Positions 16,244-24,655 are shown, counted from the stretch's first letter. The stretch is DNA of 32,000 bases from Vibrio alginolyticus NBRC 15630 = ATCC 17749 (GCF_000354175.2 NC_022359.1:1470001-1502000), one strand, 5' to 3'. The notes: generated by a model from the letters alone, not told the origin. Numbers and translations are program-made.

Positions 16244-18022
16244 ATGGAAATACGCATTAATCGCCTATTTGCTGCTATGTTGGCAGTAGGCATTGCACCT
16301 GCCGTCTCGGCGTTTGATCCACTCTATTCTGAACAATGGCACTTAGACAACACGGGGCAAACTGCGTTTGCGGCTAATCCTGCTGTTGCTGGGAACGACT
16401 TAAACACTAAGCTCACTCAGGCAATGGGGATTGCAGGTGTTGGTGTGAAAGTTGCCGTTATTGATTCTGGAGTGCAGATCGATCACCCCGACCTTGCAGG
16501 TAATATAGTTACAGGTAGCAGAAACTTCGTCGAAGACTCTTCATTCCCACCAAGTTATCCGGTTGATACTAATGGTCATGGCACTGCTGTAGCCGGTTTG
16601 ATTAGCGCCGTCGGCAACAACGGTGAAGGCGGACGCGGTGTCGCTTCTCTCTCTTCCCTCATCGGTTTTAACTGGTTAGCCAACCAGACATTAGAAGGCT
16701 GGTTAATCTCCCATGGCATGGACCCAGCAACACGTGATGTTCGCGTATTTAACCAAAGTTACGGTTTCAGCCCTATAAACCCGATTACTTTTGATGAAAG
16801 CGACCCTCAACTAAAACTTGAAATGGACGTGATGAAAAACGTCAGCGAGAGTAACGCCTGGGGTCGAGGTGCTGTATTTGTAAAGTCAGCAGGTAATGGT
16901 TACCGTTATTTCAATGCAGGGCGATTCTTCGTATTGCCAAGTAACTTCTTTGCTGGTGGAGACAATCAAGGCTTACCGATGCACAACTCTGCTCAGTCTT
17001 ATGATAACGCCAATTACTTCAATTTAGTCACTAGTGCACTACGAGCGGATGGTACGCGAGCGAGTTACTCATCTGTGGGTTCGAACGTGTGGGTTGCAGC
17101 ACCAGCAGGTGAATATGGGCAAGATTTCCCTGCTATGGTCACCACTGATTTAATGGGTTGTGAAGAAGGGCAAAATACCAGTGATGGCCTTGGCATTAAT
17201 GGGTTACACGGCGGAACGGAGCTCGATCCGAACTGTAACTATACCAGTACGATGAACGGAACCTCATCGGCTGCGCCGAACACATCGGGTGCCATCGCGG
17301 CAATCATGTCAACCAACCACGCACTTTCTGCTCGTGATGTACGTGCTTTACTAGCGGAGACAGCAAAAGTAACGGATAAAGCGCATCCAGGCGTACAGCT
17401 TGAATTTACTAACCATAAAGGTGAACAGGTTAGCTACGAGGCAATTGCCCCTTGGCAAAAAAACGCAGCAGGCGTAGATTTCCATACTTTTTATGGCTTC
17501 GGCGCTGTAGATTTAGATGAAGCGATGCAACGTGCTCGCATGACGAATCGTGTTTTGCCAACTCAAGTCATTACGCCATGGGTTAATAACGCTACAGAAG
17601 TAAGTGTACCCGATGCAAGTCTAGTTGGTGGTTCTTCAAGTATCGCCATTGCCGATGAGCTGACAGTAGAATCCGTTCAAGTGACATTGACACTGGACCA
17701 CGCTCGTCTGCCCGACTTAGCTATCGAGCTCATTTCGCCATCAGGGACTCGTTCCGTTTTGCAAACACCGCGCAATGGTCTTGTTGGTCAATCTCTTGAT
17801 TCATCGATTACTGGCTACAAAGATCAATTAATGTTGTCTAACCAATTTTATGGCGAAGATGCAAAAGGCGAATGGACGTTGCGAGCAATAGATACGAACG
17901 GCGATGAAGTCTATTCTTACATTGCATATTTCAACTCTTCCACCATCTATGACGTTCCGATGGCAAACAACGCTCAGCCCGGTGTTATTAAGAACTGGTC
18001 GATGCGCATATTTGGACACTAA
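16244..18022 (+). CDS. Secreted S8 (subtilisin/kexin-like) serine protease with a C-terminal proprotein-convertase P-domain and no N-terminal propeptide
   Basis: Catalytic triad contexts VAVIDSGV (Asp), HGTAVAG (His) and GTSSAAP (Ser). P-domain-like C-terminus (VESVQVTLTLDHARLPDLAIELISPSGTRSVL...GEWTLRAIDT). Signal peptide MEIRINRLFAAMLAVGIAPAVSA is followed directly by the catalytic-domain start FDPLYSEQWHL. I prefer the start at 16244 (GAGG 6 nt upstream); 16232 is the alternative. Confidence 0.9.
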   Translation: MEIRINRLFAAMLAVGIAPAVSAFDPLYSEQWHLDNTGQTAFAANPAVAGNDLNTKLTQAMGIAGVGVKVAVIDSGVQIDHPDLAGNIVTGSRNFVEDSSFPPSYPVDTNGHGTAVAGLISAVGNNGEGGRGVASLSSLIGFNWLANQTLEGWLISHGMDPATRDVRVFNQSYGFSPINPITFDESDPQLKLEMDVMKNVSESNAWGRGAVFVKSAGNGYRYFNAGRFFVLPSNFFAGGDNQGLPMHNSAQSYDNANYFNLVTSALRADGTRASYSSVGSNVWVAAPAGEYGQDFPAMVTTDLMGCEEGQNTSDGLGINGLHGGTELDPNCNYTSTMNGTSSAAPNTSGAIAAIMSTNHALSARDVRALLAETAKVTDKAHPGVQLEFTNHKGEQVSYEAIAPWQKNAAGVDFHTFYGFGAVDLDEAMQRARMTNRVLPTQVITPWVNNATEVSVPDASLVGGSSSIAIADELTVESVQVTLTLDHARLPDLAIELISPSGTRSVLQTPRNGLVGQSLDSSITGYKDQLMLSNQFYGEDAKGEWTLRAIDTNGDEVYSYIAYFNSSTIYDVPMANNAQPGVIKNWSMRIFGH

Positions 18023-18034
18023 GGAGTCAATAAC

Positions 18035-18490
18035 ATGAAATACAAATCATTTTCTATGCTGGCTCTCGTTATCATGACGTCGAGTGTATACGCTGAGCAA
18101 CAGCTCTCTCAACAGCCTGCACCAGAACTGTTTGTGCCATCAGAAGCGGTTGAGATTAATGGCCAAGATTATCGAAAAGTGCAAACTGGCACTATTAGAA
18201 CCCTATCTGAAGACGTAAAACTTCAAGCGGGTGATGAGGTGTTTAAGAATGCGTTTAGTAACGTATCCAAAGCCACTGGACTGGTTTATATCACCGTAAA
18301 CAATCCTAACGAAGCGAAAGCAGTCGCCAAAGAGTTAAAATTAGAAGTTATCTTCGCAGAGGGGGAATCAGCGGTGTTAAAAGCATCTCAAGATCAAGAT
18401 CTGCTAAGTATTAGCGACTACCTAAACGCAGACAGCCGGGTAAAAGCGTCTAAAATTGAACTAAACAGCGGTAAATACCGTGCACAATAA
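18035..18490 (+). CDS. Secreted 151-aa protein, candidate external chaperone or inhibitor for the upstream protease (ORF2/I9-propeptide-like)
   Basis: Signal peptide MKYKSFSMLALVIMTSSVYA. AAGGAG RBS, 12 nt after the protease stop. The C-terminal LVYITVNNPNEAKAVAKELKLEVIFAEGESAVLKASQDQDLLSISDYLNADSRVKASKIEL has the beta-alpha-beta-beta-alpha-beta residue pattern of subtilisin I9 propeptides, judged by eye. Confidence 0.55.
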   Translation: MKYKSFSMLALVIMTSSVYAEQQLSQQPAPELFVPSEAVEINGQDYRKVQTGTIRTLSEDVKLQAGDEVFKNAFSNVSKATGLVYITVNNPNEAKAVAKELKLEVIFAEGESAVLKASQDQDLLSISDYLNADSRVKASKIELNSGKYRAQ

Positions 18491-18522
18491 TTCTCTAACA
18501 AGAGAAGTTGGCCTGTAAAACC

Positions 18523-18551
18523 ATGCCTCAGCGATTGCTGAGGCATTTTTA
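18523..18551 (+). terminator. Intrinsic terminator after the protease/chaperone pair
   Basis: ATGCCTCAGC-GATT-GCTGAGGCAT followed by TTTTTAT. Confidence 0.85.
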
Positions 18552-18636
18552 TGGGTAGGAACAGATAGGCTATTATTCTTTAATAACATTTCGCATAACC
18601 AGTATGATACCTAAACACCCTACTCGCCTGCGCCTG

Positions 18637-19566
18637 TCATTTCTTAAACAAAATAATTTCCGTTCTTAGCTCTTCTTCCGTGGTTTCCTTCGGGCTATTC
18701 AGATAGCGTTCGATTCCTAAAGGACTGGTTTTGACTTTCATACCACTCTGACGAACCAAGTTCATCGCTAAAGCCCATGCATTTCCCAAAAACTGATATT
18801 CACCTCGGTGTTCAACGACAAATGTTTCACTCTCAGGAATGGTACCGGTAACCGCCCCTTGAGGCGCTGGTACTGAGTTATGAAGAGGAAAGCAAGTGAT
18901 AAACTCGAATGTACCTTTCTGCATATCCATCGACTGGTAATAACAAAACAATTCACCATTCACGGATAGGGTTTCGTCACTAATTAACTGTTCTAGTTGC
19001 TGAACATGCTTCTCAATTACCGAACCTAATTCCTGCAAGCTAGCCACACCCTTGATCCCAATGTAATGAATTTGAGGCAACGTTCGGTTACCTATTTCGA
19101 CTAAGTCTGAATGCACTCTTCCGGTTTCAAGCTTACTTTTGAGCATGCGTAACCCACGTTGATAATCCATCTCTATCATCGACTTAAACATACTTTTCAG
19201 AAAGAACAGATACCAAGGGACGCGAGATTGCATTTGCCATTCGACTAAACAGCCATTTTGTGACGGCGTCACGATTAGAGTCACCTTTCCATGGCTCTTG
19301 ATTGGGCGAAAGAAATGTAGCTCCATATCTAATCGATGCTCTTGAGTACTTTCCAGTACAATCGCGCCAGTCCCAATACGCTGACCATTCCATTGATAAC
19401 CAGCTCCAACGTGGCCCTGATTATCACTGAATGTCAGCTCGCAGCTTGGTTCAAGAATGATCCATGGTGACCAGCTGGGCCAGTTATTGAAGTTCTTGAG
19501 ATAGCCAATAATTTCACTTTGATTCTTATTAATTTCAATACTTCGGCTGACCTGATAAGAGAGCAT
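18637..19566 (-). CDS. SRPBCC (START/polyketide-cyclase-like) + GyrI-like small-molecule-binding fusion protein
   Basis: 309 aa. The N-terminal ~150 aa are SRPBCC-like (SRSIEINKNQSEIIGYLKNFNNWPSWSPW...). The C-terminal ~150 aa are GyrI/SbmC-like (...FEFITCFPL...FVVEHRGEYQFLGNAWALAMNLV...IERYLNSP). The domains were recognised by eye. Confidence 0.6.
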   Translation of the reverse strand: MLSYQVSRSIEINKNQSEIIGYLKNFNNWPSWSPWIILEPSCELTFSDNQGHVGAGYQWNGQRIGTGAIVLESTQEHRLDMELHFFRPIKSHGKVTLIVTPSQNGCLVEWQMQSRVPWYLFFLKSMFKSMIEMDYQRGLRMLKSKLETGRVHSDLVEIGNRTLPQIHYIGIKGVASLQELGSVIEKHVQQLEQLISDETLSVNGELFCYYQSMDMQKGTFEFITCFPLHNSVPAPQGAVTGTIPESETFVVEHRGEYQFLGNAWALAMNLVRQSGMKVKTSPLGIERYLNSPKETTEEELRTEIILFKK

Positions 19567-19703
19567 AACGGTTCCTCGAGTTTCCGCTTCACTAACTTCA
19601 GTCTAATTCAAATTCCAGTTTTTTCTTGTTTGACTACGGGTTAGATGCGTACGACAAGAAAAATCCAGAGCGTTAATTCTCACTTGAATCAATACGCGCA
19701 AAG

Positions 19704-20945
19704 CTAAGAGCAGAACTCCACTTTTGCACTAAATCGAACACCATCATCGTCCAGTACTAACGCCCACCCCATCCGTTCACATATTCGTTGTACGATAACA
19801 AGCCCACAACCATAACCAGCGTTGTACGTCTCGTTGCCATCGTGACGGTTTAGGATCTTAAGCGCATGACCTTTCAACTCAATTTCAATATCTCCCACAC
19901 TATAGCTAAAGGCGTTTTTAATCAGATTGTTGATAACAATGGTCACAAAACTCTCTGGTGCCTTCACTACACCACTATGTTGTTCGTGCAAAGCGTAGTT
20001 CGAATCTTGCTTGGCAAATAAAGGAGCCAGCTCTTCCAGTTGTTTTTGTAAACAAGTAAGAAGCTGATGCTCTCCGTAATGTTGAGGCTCTATTTTCTCT
20101 TTACCAAGTAAGAGAAACGCTTCTGTCAGTACACGCATCTCGTCACAAGCTGACTGCATCCTCGTGATGGCTTTTTGCGCAACTCGAGGTTGATCAGGAA
20201 GACGCGTCAGAATGTCTGTTGAGCCTTTAATCACCATGATTGGCGTTCTCAACTCATGCGATGCAAAACGGCTAAATTCTTGTTCTCGTTTGAAATAGCC
20301 CGCGATATCGTTCTTATTATCCAGCAAAGTCTGCTCTATCTGGCGTGTTTCGCTGAACTTAGTTTCAACTTGGAAAGCGGGTTGATCCGGTGACATTTGG
20401 CTAATTTTGTCTTCAATTTGCGCTAATGGCCGAGACAATATTCGCACCATGTAAATGCCATACCCAACCATGACAAATGAAAACAAACCACCGAGCAGCA
20501 GCGTAAACTGATGCAGCGAGCTTTCGTATTCGTCCAAGTAATCATCTGAGTCATCTTGAAATACAATGTACATAAGCCCCTTCCCTGAGGGGTGGTTCAA
20601 TACAACAAAGTGTTTGTCTTCTTCACCAAGCAGGTATTCGTAAAAACCAGGTGAAGTAAAAGAGAGCAACCAATCGGGTGTCGGTGCTTCACTCCAATAT
20701 GAGTTGAATTCCAATACGTTTGGCAATGGCGCATCCCAGCCCTGTTTCTCGAAATTCTCACTATAAAGCGCAGCTTCAGTATCTAGCCAGTGATGTAAAC
20801 TCAGCACTTCCAGTTTGTTTTCTGCCACATAAATCAGCGACCAAAAAAGAGTAAACATCACAAACGTCATGACCCCAAAACCCCAACGGATCTTGCGATA
20901 AATGCTTGGATATTCGTTATGCTTTAAGTCGGTAACCTTGTCCAT
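19704..20945 (-). CDS. Sensor histidine kinase (two TM helices, periplasmic domain, HisKA/HATPase_c)
   Basis: 413 aa with H-box FASHELRTPIMVI and a C-terminal ATPase domain (N-box NLIKNAF, G-box GYGCGL). It overlaps the response-regulator gene by 29 nt. Confidence 0.9.
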   Translation of the reverse strand: MDKVTDLKHNEYPSIYRKIRWGFGVMTFVMFTLFWSLIYVAENKLEVLSLHHWLDTEAALYSENFEKQGWDAPLPNVLEFNSYWSEAPTPDWLLSFTSPGFYEYLLGEEDKHFVVLNHPSGKGLMYIVFQDDSDDYLDEYESSLHQFTLLLGGLFSFVMVGYGIYMVRILSRPLAQIEDKISQMSPDQPAFQVETKFSETRQIEQTLLDNKNDIAGYFKREQEFSRFASHELRTPIMVIKGSTDILTRLPDQPRVAQKAITRMQSACDEMRVLTEAFLLLGKEKIEPQHYGEHQLLTCLQKQLEELAPLFAKQDSNYALHEQHSGVVKAPESFVTIVINNLIKNAFSYSVGDIEIELKGHALKILNRHDGNETYNAGYGCGLVIVQRICERMGWALVLDDDGVRFSAKVEFCS

Positions 20946-21585
20946 GAATAGTCTCTAATCGTGATTCTTCAAAACCTTTGTCTAGCGCGGTTCTTAAACC
21001 GTAAATATGGCTACGAAGTGCATCACTTCCGGGTGGTTCGTCTCCCCACACACTATCGATCACTTCTGTGCGCGAGACCGCTGCTGGAGCACGTTGGAGG
21101 AGCAATTTTAAAATTTTAGTTTGAATTCGACTCAGCTTAATTTCTTTGTCTTTTCTCGTTACTTTTCCTGTCCGCGCATCTAAACAAATATCTGCAAATT
21201 TGAGCGTTCCGATATCTTGTCTTGGACCACGATTAGCCAAAGCATGAACACGCAAACTGAGCTCTTCCATCGCAAATGGCTTCATTAAATAATCATCTCC
21301 CCCCGCTTTAAAAGCCGCGATTTTGTCCTCTAGCGTATCTTTTGCCGTTAGGAAGAGAATTGGCGTTCCACATAACTTATCTTGTCGAAGCTTCTGTACC
21401 GTACTGATGCCATCGAGCTTCGGCATCATGATATCCATGATGATTACATCGTAATGATTTTCCTCGATTAACTTAATCGCAGCCTCTCCATGAAACGCAC
21501 AATCGATAATCATGCCTTCTAGCTCAAGATAGTCTGCAATCGTCTCCGAGACGTTATGGTTGTCATCTACAATTAAAATTTTCAT
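20917..21585 (-). CDS. OmpR/PhoB-family response regulator
   Basis: MKILIVDD...DVIIMDIMMPKLDG receiver domain plus a winged-helix C-terminus (...LRTALDKGFEESRLETIHGQGYRLK). I trimmed the start to the ATG at 21583-21585; the track's 21639 start adds 18 atypical residues that cover the direct repeats. Confidence 0.9.
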   Translation of the reverse strand: MKILIVDDNHNVSETIADYLELEGMIIDCAFHGEAAIKLIEENHYDVIIMDIMMPKLDGISTVQKLRQDKLCGTPILFLTAKDTLEDKIAAFKAGGDDYLMKPFAMEELSLRVHALANRGPRQDIGTLKFADICLDARTGKVTRKDKEIKLSRIQTKILKLLLQRAPAAVSRTEVIDSVWGDEPPGSDALRSHIYGLRTALDKGFEESRLETIHGQGYRLKA

Positions 21586-21596
21586 AAAATCACATT

Positions 21597-21617
21597 TCTT
21601 CACGATCTCTTCACGAT
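21597..21617. promoter_or_regulatory. Tandem perfect direct repeat TCTTCACGAT x2 at 11-bp phasing in the divergent RR/DUF5666 intergenic region
   Basis: 21597-21606 and 21608-21617 are identical 10-mers separated by 1 nt. OmpR/PhoB regulators bind direct repeats one helical turn apart. A TAAGAT -10-like hexamer sits at 21626-21631 on the plus strand. Confidence 0.5.
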
Positions 21618-21674
21618 ATGCCCAATAAGATACAGGCAATTTCCTAAACTCGCTCGTAAATTGAGGTTAATACA

Positions 21675-22874
21675 ATGAAAAAACTCGCTCTTATTTCTGT
21701 AGTAGGTTTGGCATTGTCTGGTTGTGGTGGTTCAGGTGGTGGCAGCAATAGCGATAGCACATCAACTCAACCAGCAGTGAAACCAAGTGTAGCGATTGGC
21801 TCTGTTGAAGCGGTCAACGCTGAAGAAAGCACGTTAACCGTCAATGGACATACGTATCGTGTGTCTGAGGTGGTTTATGACGACACACAAGTGCAACTGG
21901 CCGATGTAAAACCAAAAATGGTGGTTCGCGTGGGTTCAGATATTCGGCAAACTTCGGACAATGGCGTCCGAGTCATACTTGAACCAACCATTACTGGACG
22001 TGTGACAGCAATTGATCATGTGAAGAAAAAATTCACGGTAAACGGCGTAGAGCTGCAGTTTGACGATTTAAGTGATGATATAGAGGTCAACGACTGGGTG
22101 ATGGTGTCATCATTGCCAACTGCTGATGCGGGTTATCGAGTGTTGTCTGTGGTCGAGCTCGACGTAGATAACGATTACCCAGCACTTGATAACGACTACG
22201 AACTGGAAGGCCGTATTACCAGTATCGATGCAAATGCTGGAACATTTAAGTTAGGTGGAAAAGTAACGGTGACATATAACAACGTTAACCAGCTTAGCAT
22301 TGGTCAATGGATTGAAGCCGAAGGTGAAATGCAAAACGGTATCTTCATGGCACATGAGGTAGAAGTTGAAGGCTACGACGTCATAAGCAATGACAGCGAT
22401 GTGGAAGGCATCGTCACTTGGGTTGCAAATGACTACAGTGAGTTCTCACTAAACTACCGAGGTGCATTCTTCATCGATAACGCAACACGATTTGAAGATG
22501 GCAGCAAAGCGAACCTAAAACAAGGCCAAGAAGTGGAAGTAACGTCTGTCATGAAAAATGGCAAACGCATCGCTACCGTTATTGAGTTTGAGCAACCAGA
22601 CTTTGACGATAACAACCAATGGCAAGGTAAAGAATTTGAATGTGAAGGATACGTATCAAACTACGATGCTGAAGCAAGAACATTTGAAATCGAGCATTGT
22701 GAGAATGATGCTGATCAAGTACTAACTAACACCACCGTTGTGATTGATGCACAAACACGCTTCCAAGGCATTGAAGAACTTAACCTAAATGGTGCTCGTG
22801 TCGAAGTCGAAGGTGTGATCATTAACGAGCAAAATATTGCCCGTGAAGTGGAGTTAGACGTTTACGACAACTAA
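21675..22874 (+). CDS. DUF5666-repeat lipoprotein
   Basis: Lipobox MKKLALISVVGLALSGC followed by a Gly/Ser linker. It has at least four repeats of the DUF5666-like pattern (GRVTAIDHVKKKFTVNGVELQF; GRITSIDANAGTFKLGGKVTVTY; EGIVTWVANDYSEFSLNYRGAFFIDNATRFEDG; EGYVSNYDAEARTFEIE...VVIDAQTRFQG). Confidence 0.75.
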   Translation: MKKLALISVVGLALSGCGGSGGGSNSDSTSTQPAVKPSVAIGSVEAVNAEESTLTVNGHTYRVSEVVYDDTQVQLADVKPKMVVRVGSDIRQTSDNGVRVILEPTITGRVTAIDHVKKKFTVNGVELQFDDLSDDIEVNDWVMVSSLPTADAGYRVLSVVELDVDNDYPALDNDYELEGRITSIDANAGTFKLGGKVTVTYNNVNQLSIGQWIEAEGEMQNGIFMAHEVEVEGYDVISNDSDVEGIVTWVANDYSEFSLNYRGAFFIDNATRFEDGSKANLKQGQEVEVTSVMKNGKRIATVIEFEQPDFDDNNQWQGKEFECEGYVSNYDAEARTFEIEHCENDADQVLTNTTVVIDAQTRFQGIEELNLNGARVEVEGVIINEQNIAREVELDVYDN

Positions 22875-22895
22875 TCCCTTCTACGCTTAAGAAAA

Positions 22896-22924
22896 AGTGT
22901 CACTTCGGTGGCACTTGTTCTTTT
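22896..22924 (+). terminator. Intrinsic terminator after the DUF5666 gene
   Basis: AGUGUCAC-UUCG-GUGGCACU (one G-U pair) followed by UGUUCUUUU. Confidence 0.7.
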
Positions 22925-23023
22925 CACCTTACTTTGCTTCCCAAGCTCAAACCAACAAATTCTCAGTCAAAGCCTTTTCTCTCCGTTACACTTTACCTAT
23001 GTTTCACAACATTGGTGACGAAT

Positions 23024-23320
23024 ATGAAAAAACGCAACCTCATTTTGTTAATCTTGTTTTTTGGTTCAGCCACGAGCTTAGCTAGCGTTATGGATCCTGA
23101 CTGCGATGCAGAAAAGGCAGCTAAAGCCGCTGCGACAAAAGCCGTGGTTGGTGTTGGTGGTCGCTGTACGCCTAAAGAGGCACTGAAAGATACCGCAGTT
23201 GATGCAGGAAAAGACAAATTGCCAGATGAAGGGGTGGCGGGTAAAGCTGTTGATGCAATGACACCGGAAAAAGAGAAGAAAACGGTGAAAGATGTAACCA
23301 AAAAGCTCAATAAAGATTGA
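23024..23320 (+). CDS. Small secreted Lys/Ala-rich protein, unknown function
   Basis: The ATG at 23024 (GGTGA upstream) gives MKKRNLILLILFFGSATSLASV, a signal peptide, then 76 aa rich in K, A, D and E with two Cys. The track's 22934 start adds a non-signal extension. An antisense 105-aa ORF is its shadow. Confidence 0.55.
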   Translation: MKKRNLILLILFFGSATSLASVMDPDCDAEKAAKAAATKAVVGVGGRCTPKEALKDTAVDAGKDKLPDEGVAGKAVDAMTPEKEKKTVKDVTKKLNKD

Positions 23321-23363
23321 TACGCTTTCTTGTAGTTAACTTTAATAGCGAAACTCCCCCCTC

Positions 23364-23392
23364 TGACCCGTCCTGATATGGGTTGACACTTT
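23364..23392. repeat. IS right inverted repeat (orfB-distal end)
   Basis: TGACCCGTCCTGATATGGGTTGACACTTT, versus the reverse complement of 24627-24655, TGTGCCGTCCTAAATAAGGTTGACACTTT. Confidence 0.75.
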
Positions 23393-23396
23393 TTAA

Positions 23397-24248
23397 CTAA
23401 AACGCTCGATGTACTTCATCGGGCGTTTTGTATTTTAAAGCCGTATGAGGCCTCATTTGATTATAGATATCTACGGACTCTGCTACCATCGTCCTTGCTT
23501 CTTTCAGATCTTTCGGTTTCTTCAGCAAGAGCTCCATTTTGAGTATCCCATTTACACGCTCAGCTAAAGCATTCTGATAACAGTCATACCCGTCAGTCAT
23601 TGAGCAAGTCACTCTATGTTTCTTATGGATATCTTGATATTCCCTCGAACAGTATTGTGAGCCTCTATCTGAGTGGTGTATTAGCTTTTCTTCACTCTGC
23701 CGTTGCCTGAGAGCTGAGATAAATGCCCGCTTAACTGATTGAGTTTTCATGTTGTCATCCACATAAAAACCAACAATCTTCCTTGAATAAGCGTCTGTAA
23801 CCAAGCTGAGATAACTCTCTCCATTTTGAGTTGGCAAGTAAGTAATATCAGCAACCCACAGTTGTTCTGGCTTCGTTGGTGTCAGCCCATCTTTCACTTT
23901 GTTTGGGTGACAGAAAAATCGATGACGGCTGTCAGTCGTTCGGTGATAGGCTCGTCTTGCTCTCACTAACAGCCGATGCTTTCTGAGAAGTTCAAAGAGC
24001 TTATCGCGACCTATTTGAATGCCCTTTGTTGCTGCTAAGAACTTCAGTTTACGCGTGCCAATGCGTGGCTGCTTCAGCCTGACTTCACGGACAAAGCCAA
24101 TGACAGCATGCTCATGATGTTCACAACGAGATTGAGTTTGGCATTGCTTATAATAAGCTTGGCGAGAGATTTGTACTAACTGACAAAACTTCGTAACGCT
24201 CAAACCTACTATGGTTTTCTCTTGGACAACGCTTCTTTGTGCTTTTTT
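23397..24248 (-). CDS. IS3-family transposase OrfB (DDE/rve integrase domain), expressed as an OrfAB fusion by -1 frameshift
   Basis: The -1 frame is open from the slippery site to the TAG at 23397 (I checked 24248->24201 for stops). DDE contexts WVADITYL, HHSDRGSQY and NALAERVNG. Confidence 0.9.
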   Translation of the reverse strand, partial: KKAQRSVVQEKTIVGLSVTKFCQLVQISRQAYYKQCQTQSRCEHHEHAVIGFVREVRLKQPRIGTRKLKFLAATKGIQIGRDKLFELLRKHRLLVRARRAYHRTTDSRHRFFCHPNKVKDGLTPTKPEQLWVADITYLPTQNGESYLSLVTDAYSRKIVGFYVDDNMKTQSVKRAFISALRQRQSEEKLIHHSDRGSQYCSREYQDIHKKHRVTCSMTDGYDCYQNALAERVNGILKMELLLKKPKDLKEARTMVAESVDIYNQMRPHTALKYKTPDEVHRAF

Positions 24249-24601
24249 GTCACTCTAACACCATAGTCACGTTCCATAACGTTCACGACAGCTTCAAAGA
24301 AGTCGGCTTTGAGTTGAGCATCTTCGAGCTGCTTCTCAAGCTCTTTAATACGTTGCTCTGGTGTAGGAGGTAAATTGAACTCGGCCATAGAGTCTCCTTT
24401 GGACATAAAGTTAGGTGTCCCTTTAGACCAATCTAGTCGACCATGCTTACGAAGCCAAACCAAAACCGTAGAGCAACCTTGGATGCCATACTTCTCTTGG
24501 GCTTGTTTGTAAGTGAGGCTTCCTTTTTCAACCTCATCAACTACAGTGAGTTTAAAAGCGAGGGAGTAATCGCGCTGAGTTCTTTTAGTTGTTGATTTCA
24601 T
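24209..24601 (-). CDS. IS3-family transposase OrfA (HTH)
   Basis: ATG at 24599-24601 with GGAG 8 nt upstream. MKSTTKRTQRDYSLAFKLTVVDEVEKGSLTYKQAQEKYGIQGCSTVLVWLRK is an HTH, followed by a leucine-zipper-like segment. The track start at 24613 is a TTG. Confidence 0.9.
   Translation of the reverse strand: MKSTTKRTQRDYSLAFKLTVVDEVEKGSLTYKQAQEKYGIQGCSTVLVWLRKHGRLDWSKGTPNFMSKGDSMAEFNLPPTPEQRIKELEKQLEDAQLKADFFEAVVNVMERDYGVRVTKKHKEALSKRKP
24242..24248 (-). other. Programmed -1 ribosomal frameshift heptamer A_AAA_AAG
   Basis: Minus strand reads GTG ACA AAA AAG CAC in the orfA frame. The X_XXY_YYZ register is correct for orfA, and orfB is in the -1 frame. Confidence 0.8.
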
Positions 24602-24626
24602 AACACTCTCCAATTTTTTTGGGGGG

Positions 24627-24655
24627 AAAGTGTCAACCTTATTTAGGACGGCACA
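24627..24655. repeat. IS left inverted repeat (orfA-proximal end)
   Basis: See the partner repeat at 23364-23392. The internal 12 bp GGTTGACACTTT are identical, as are the core CCGTCCT and the terminal TG. Confidence 0.75.

Larger units (their letters stand above)
23364..24655 (-). mobile_element. IS3-family insertion sequence, 1292 bp, apparently intact
   Basis: Terminal TG...CA. Imperfect 29-bp IRs (22/29 identical). Flanked by direct CTC (23361-23363 and 24656-24658). orfA and orfB are in a -1 arrangement with an A_AAA_AAG slippery site. The DDE residues are present. Confidence 0.9.

Noticed and set aside
19620-19663. 10-bp inverted repeat TTTTTCTTGT-N24-ACAAGAAAAA downstream of the histidine kinase gene, considered as its terminator.
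   Set aside because: The stem is almost entirely A/T, the loop is 24 nt, and no U tract follows on the minus strand. It is unlikely to be an intrinsic terminator and may just reflect AT-rich symmetry.
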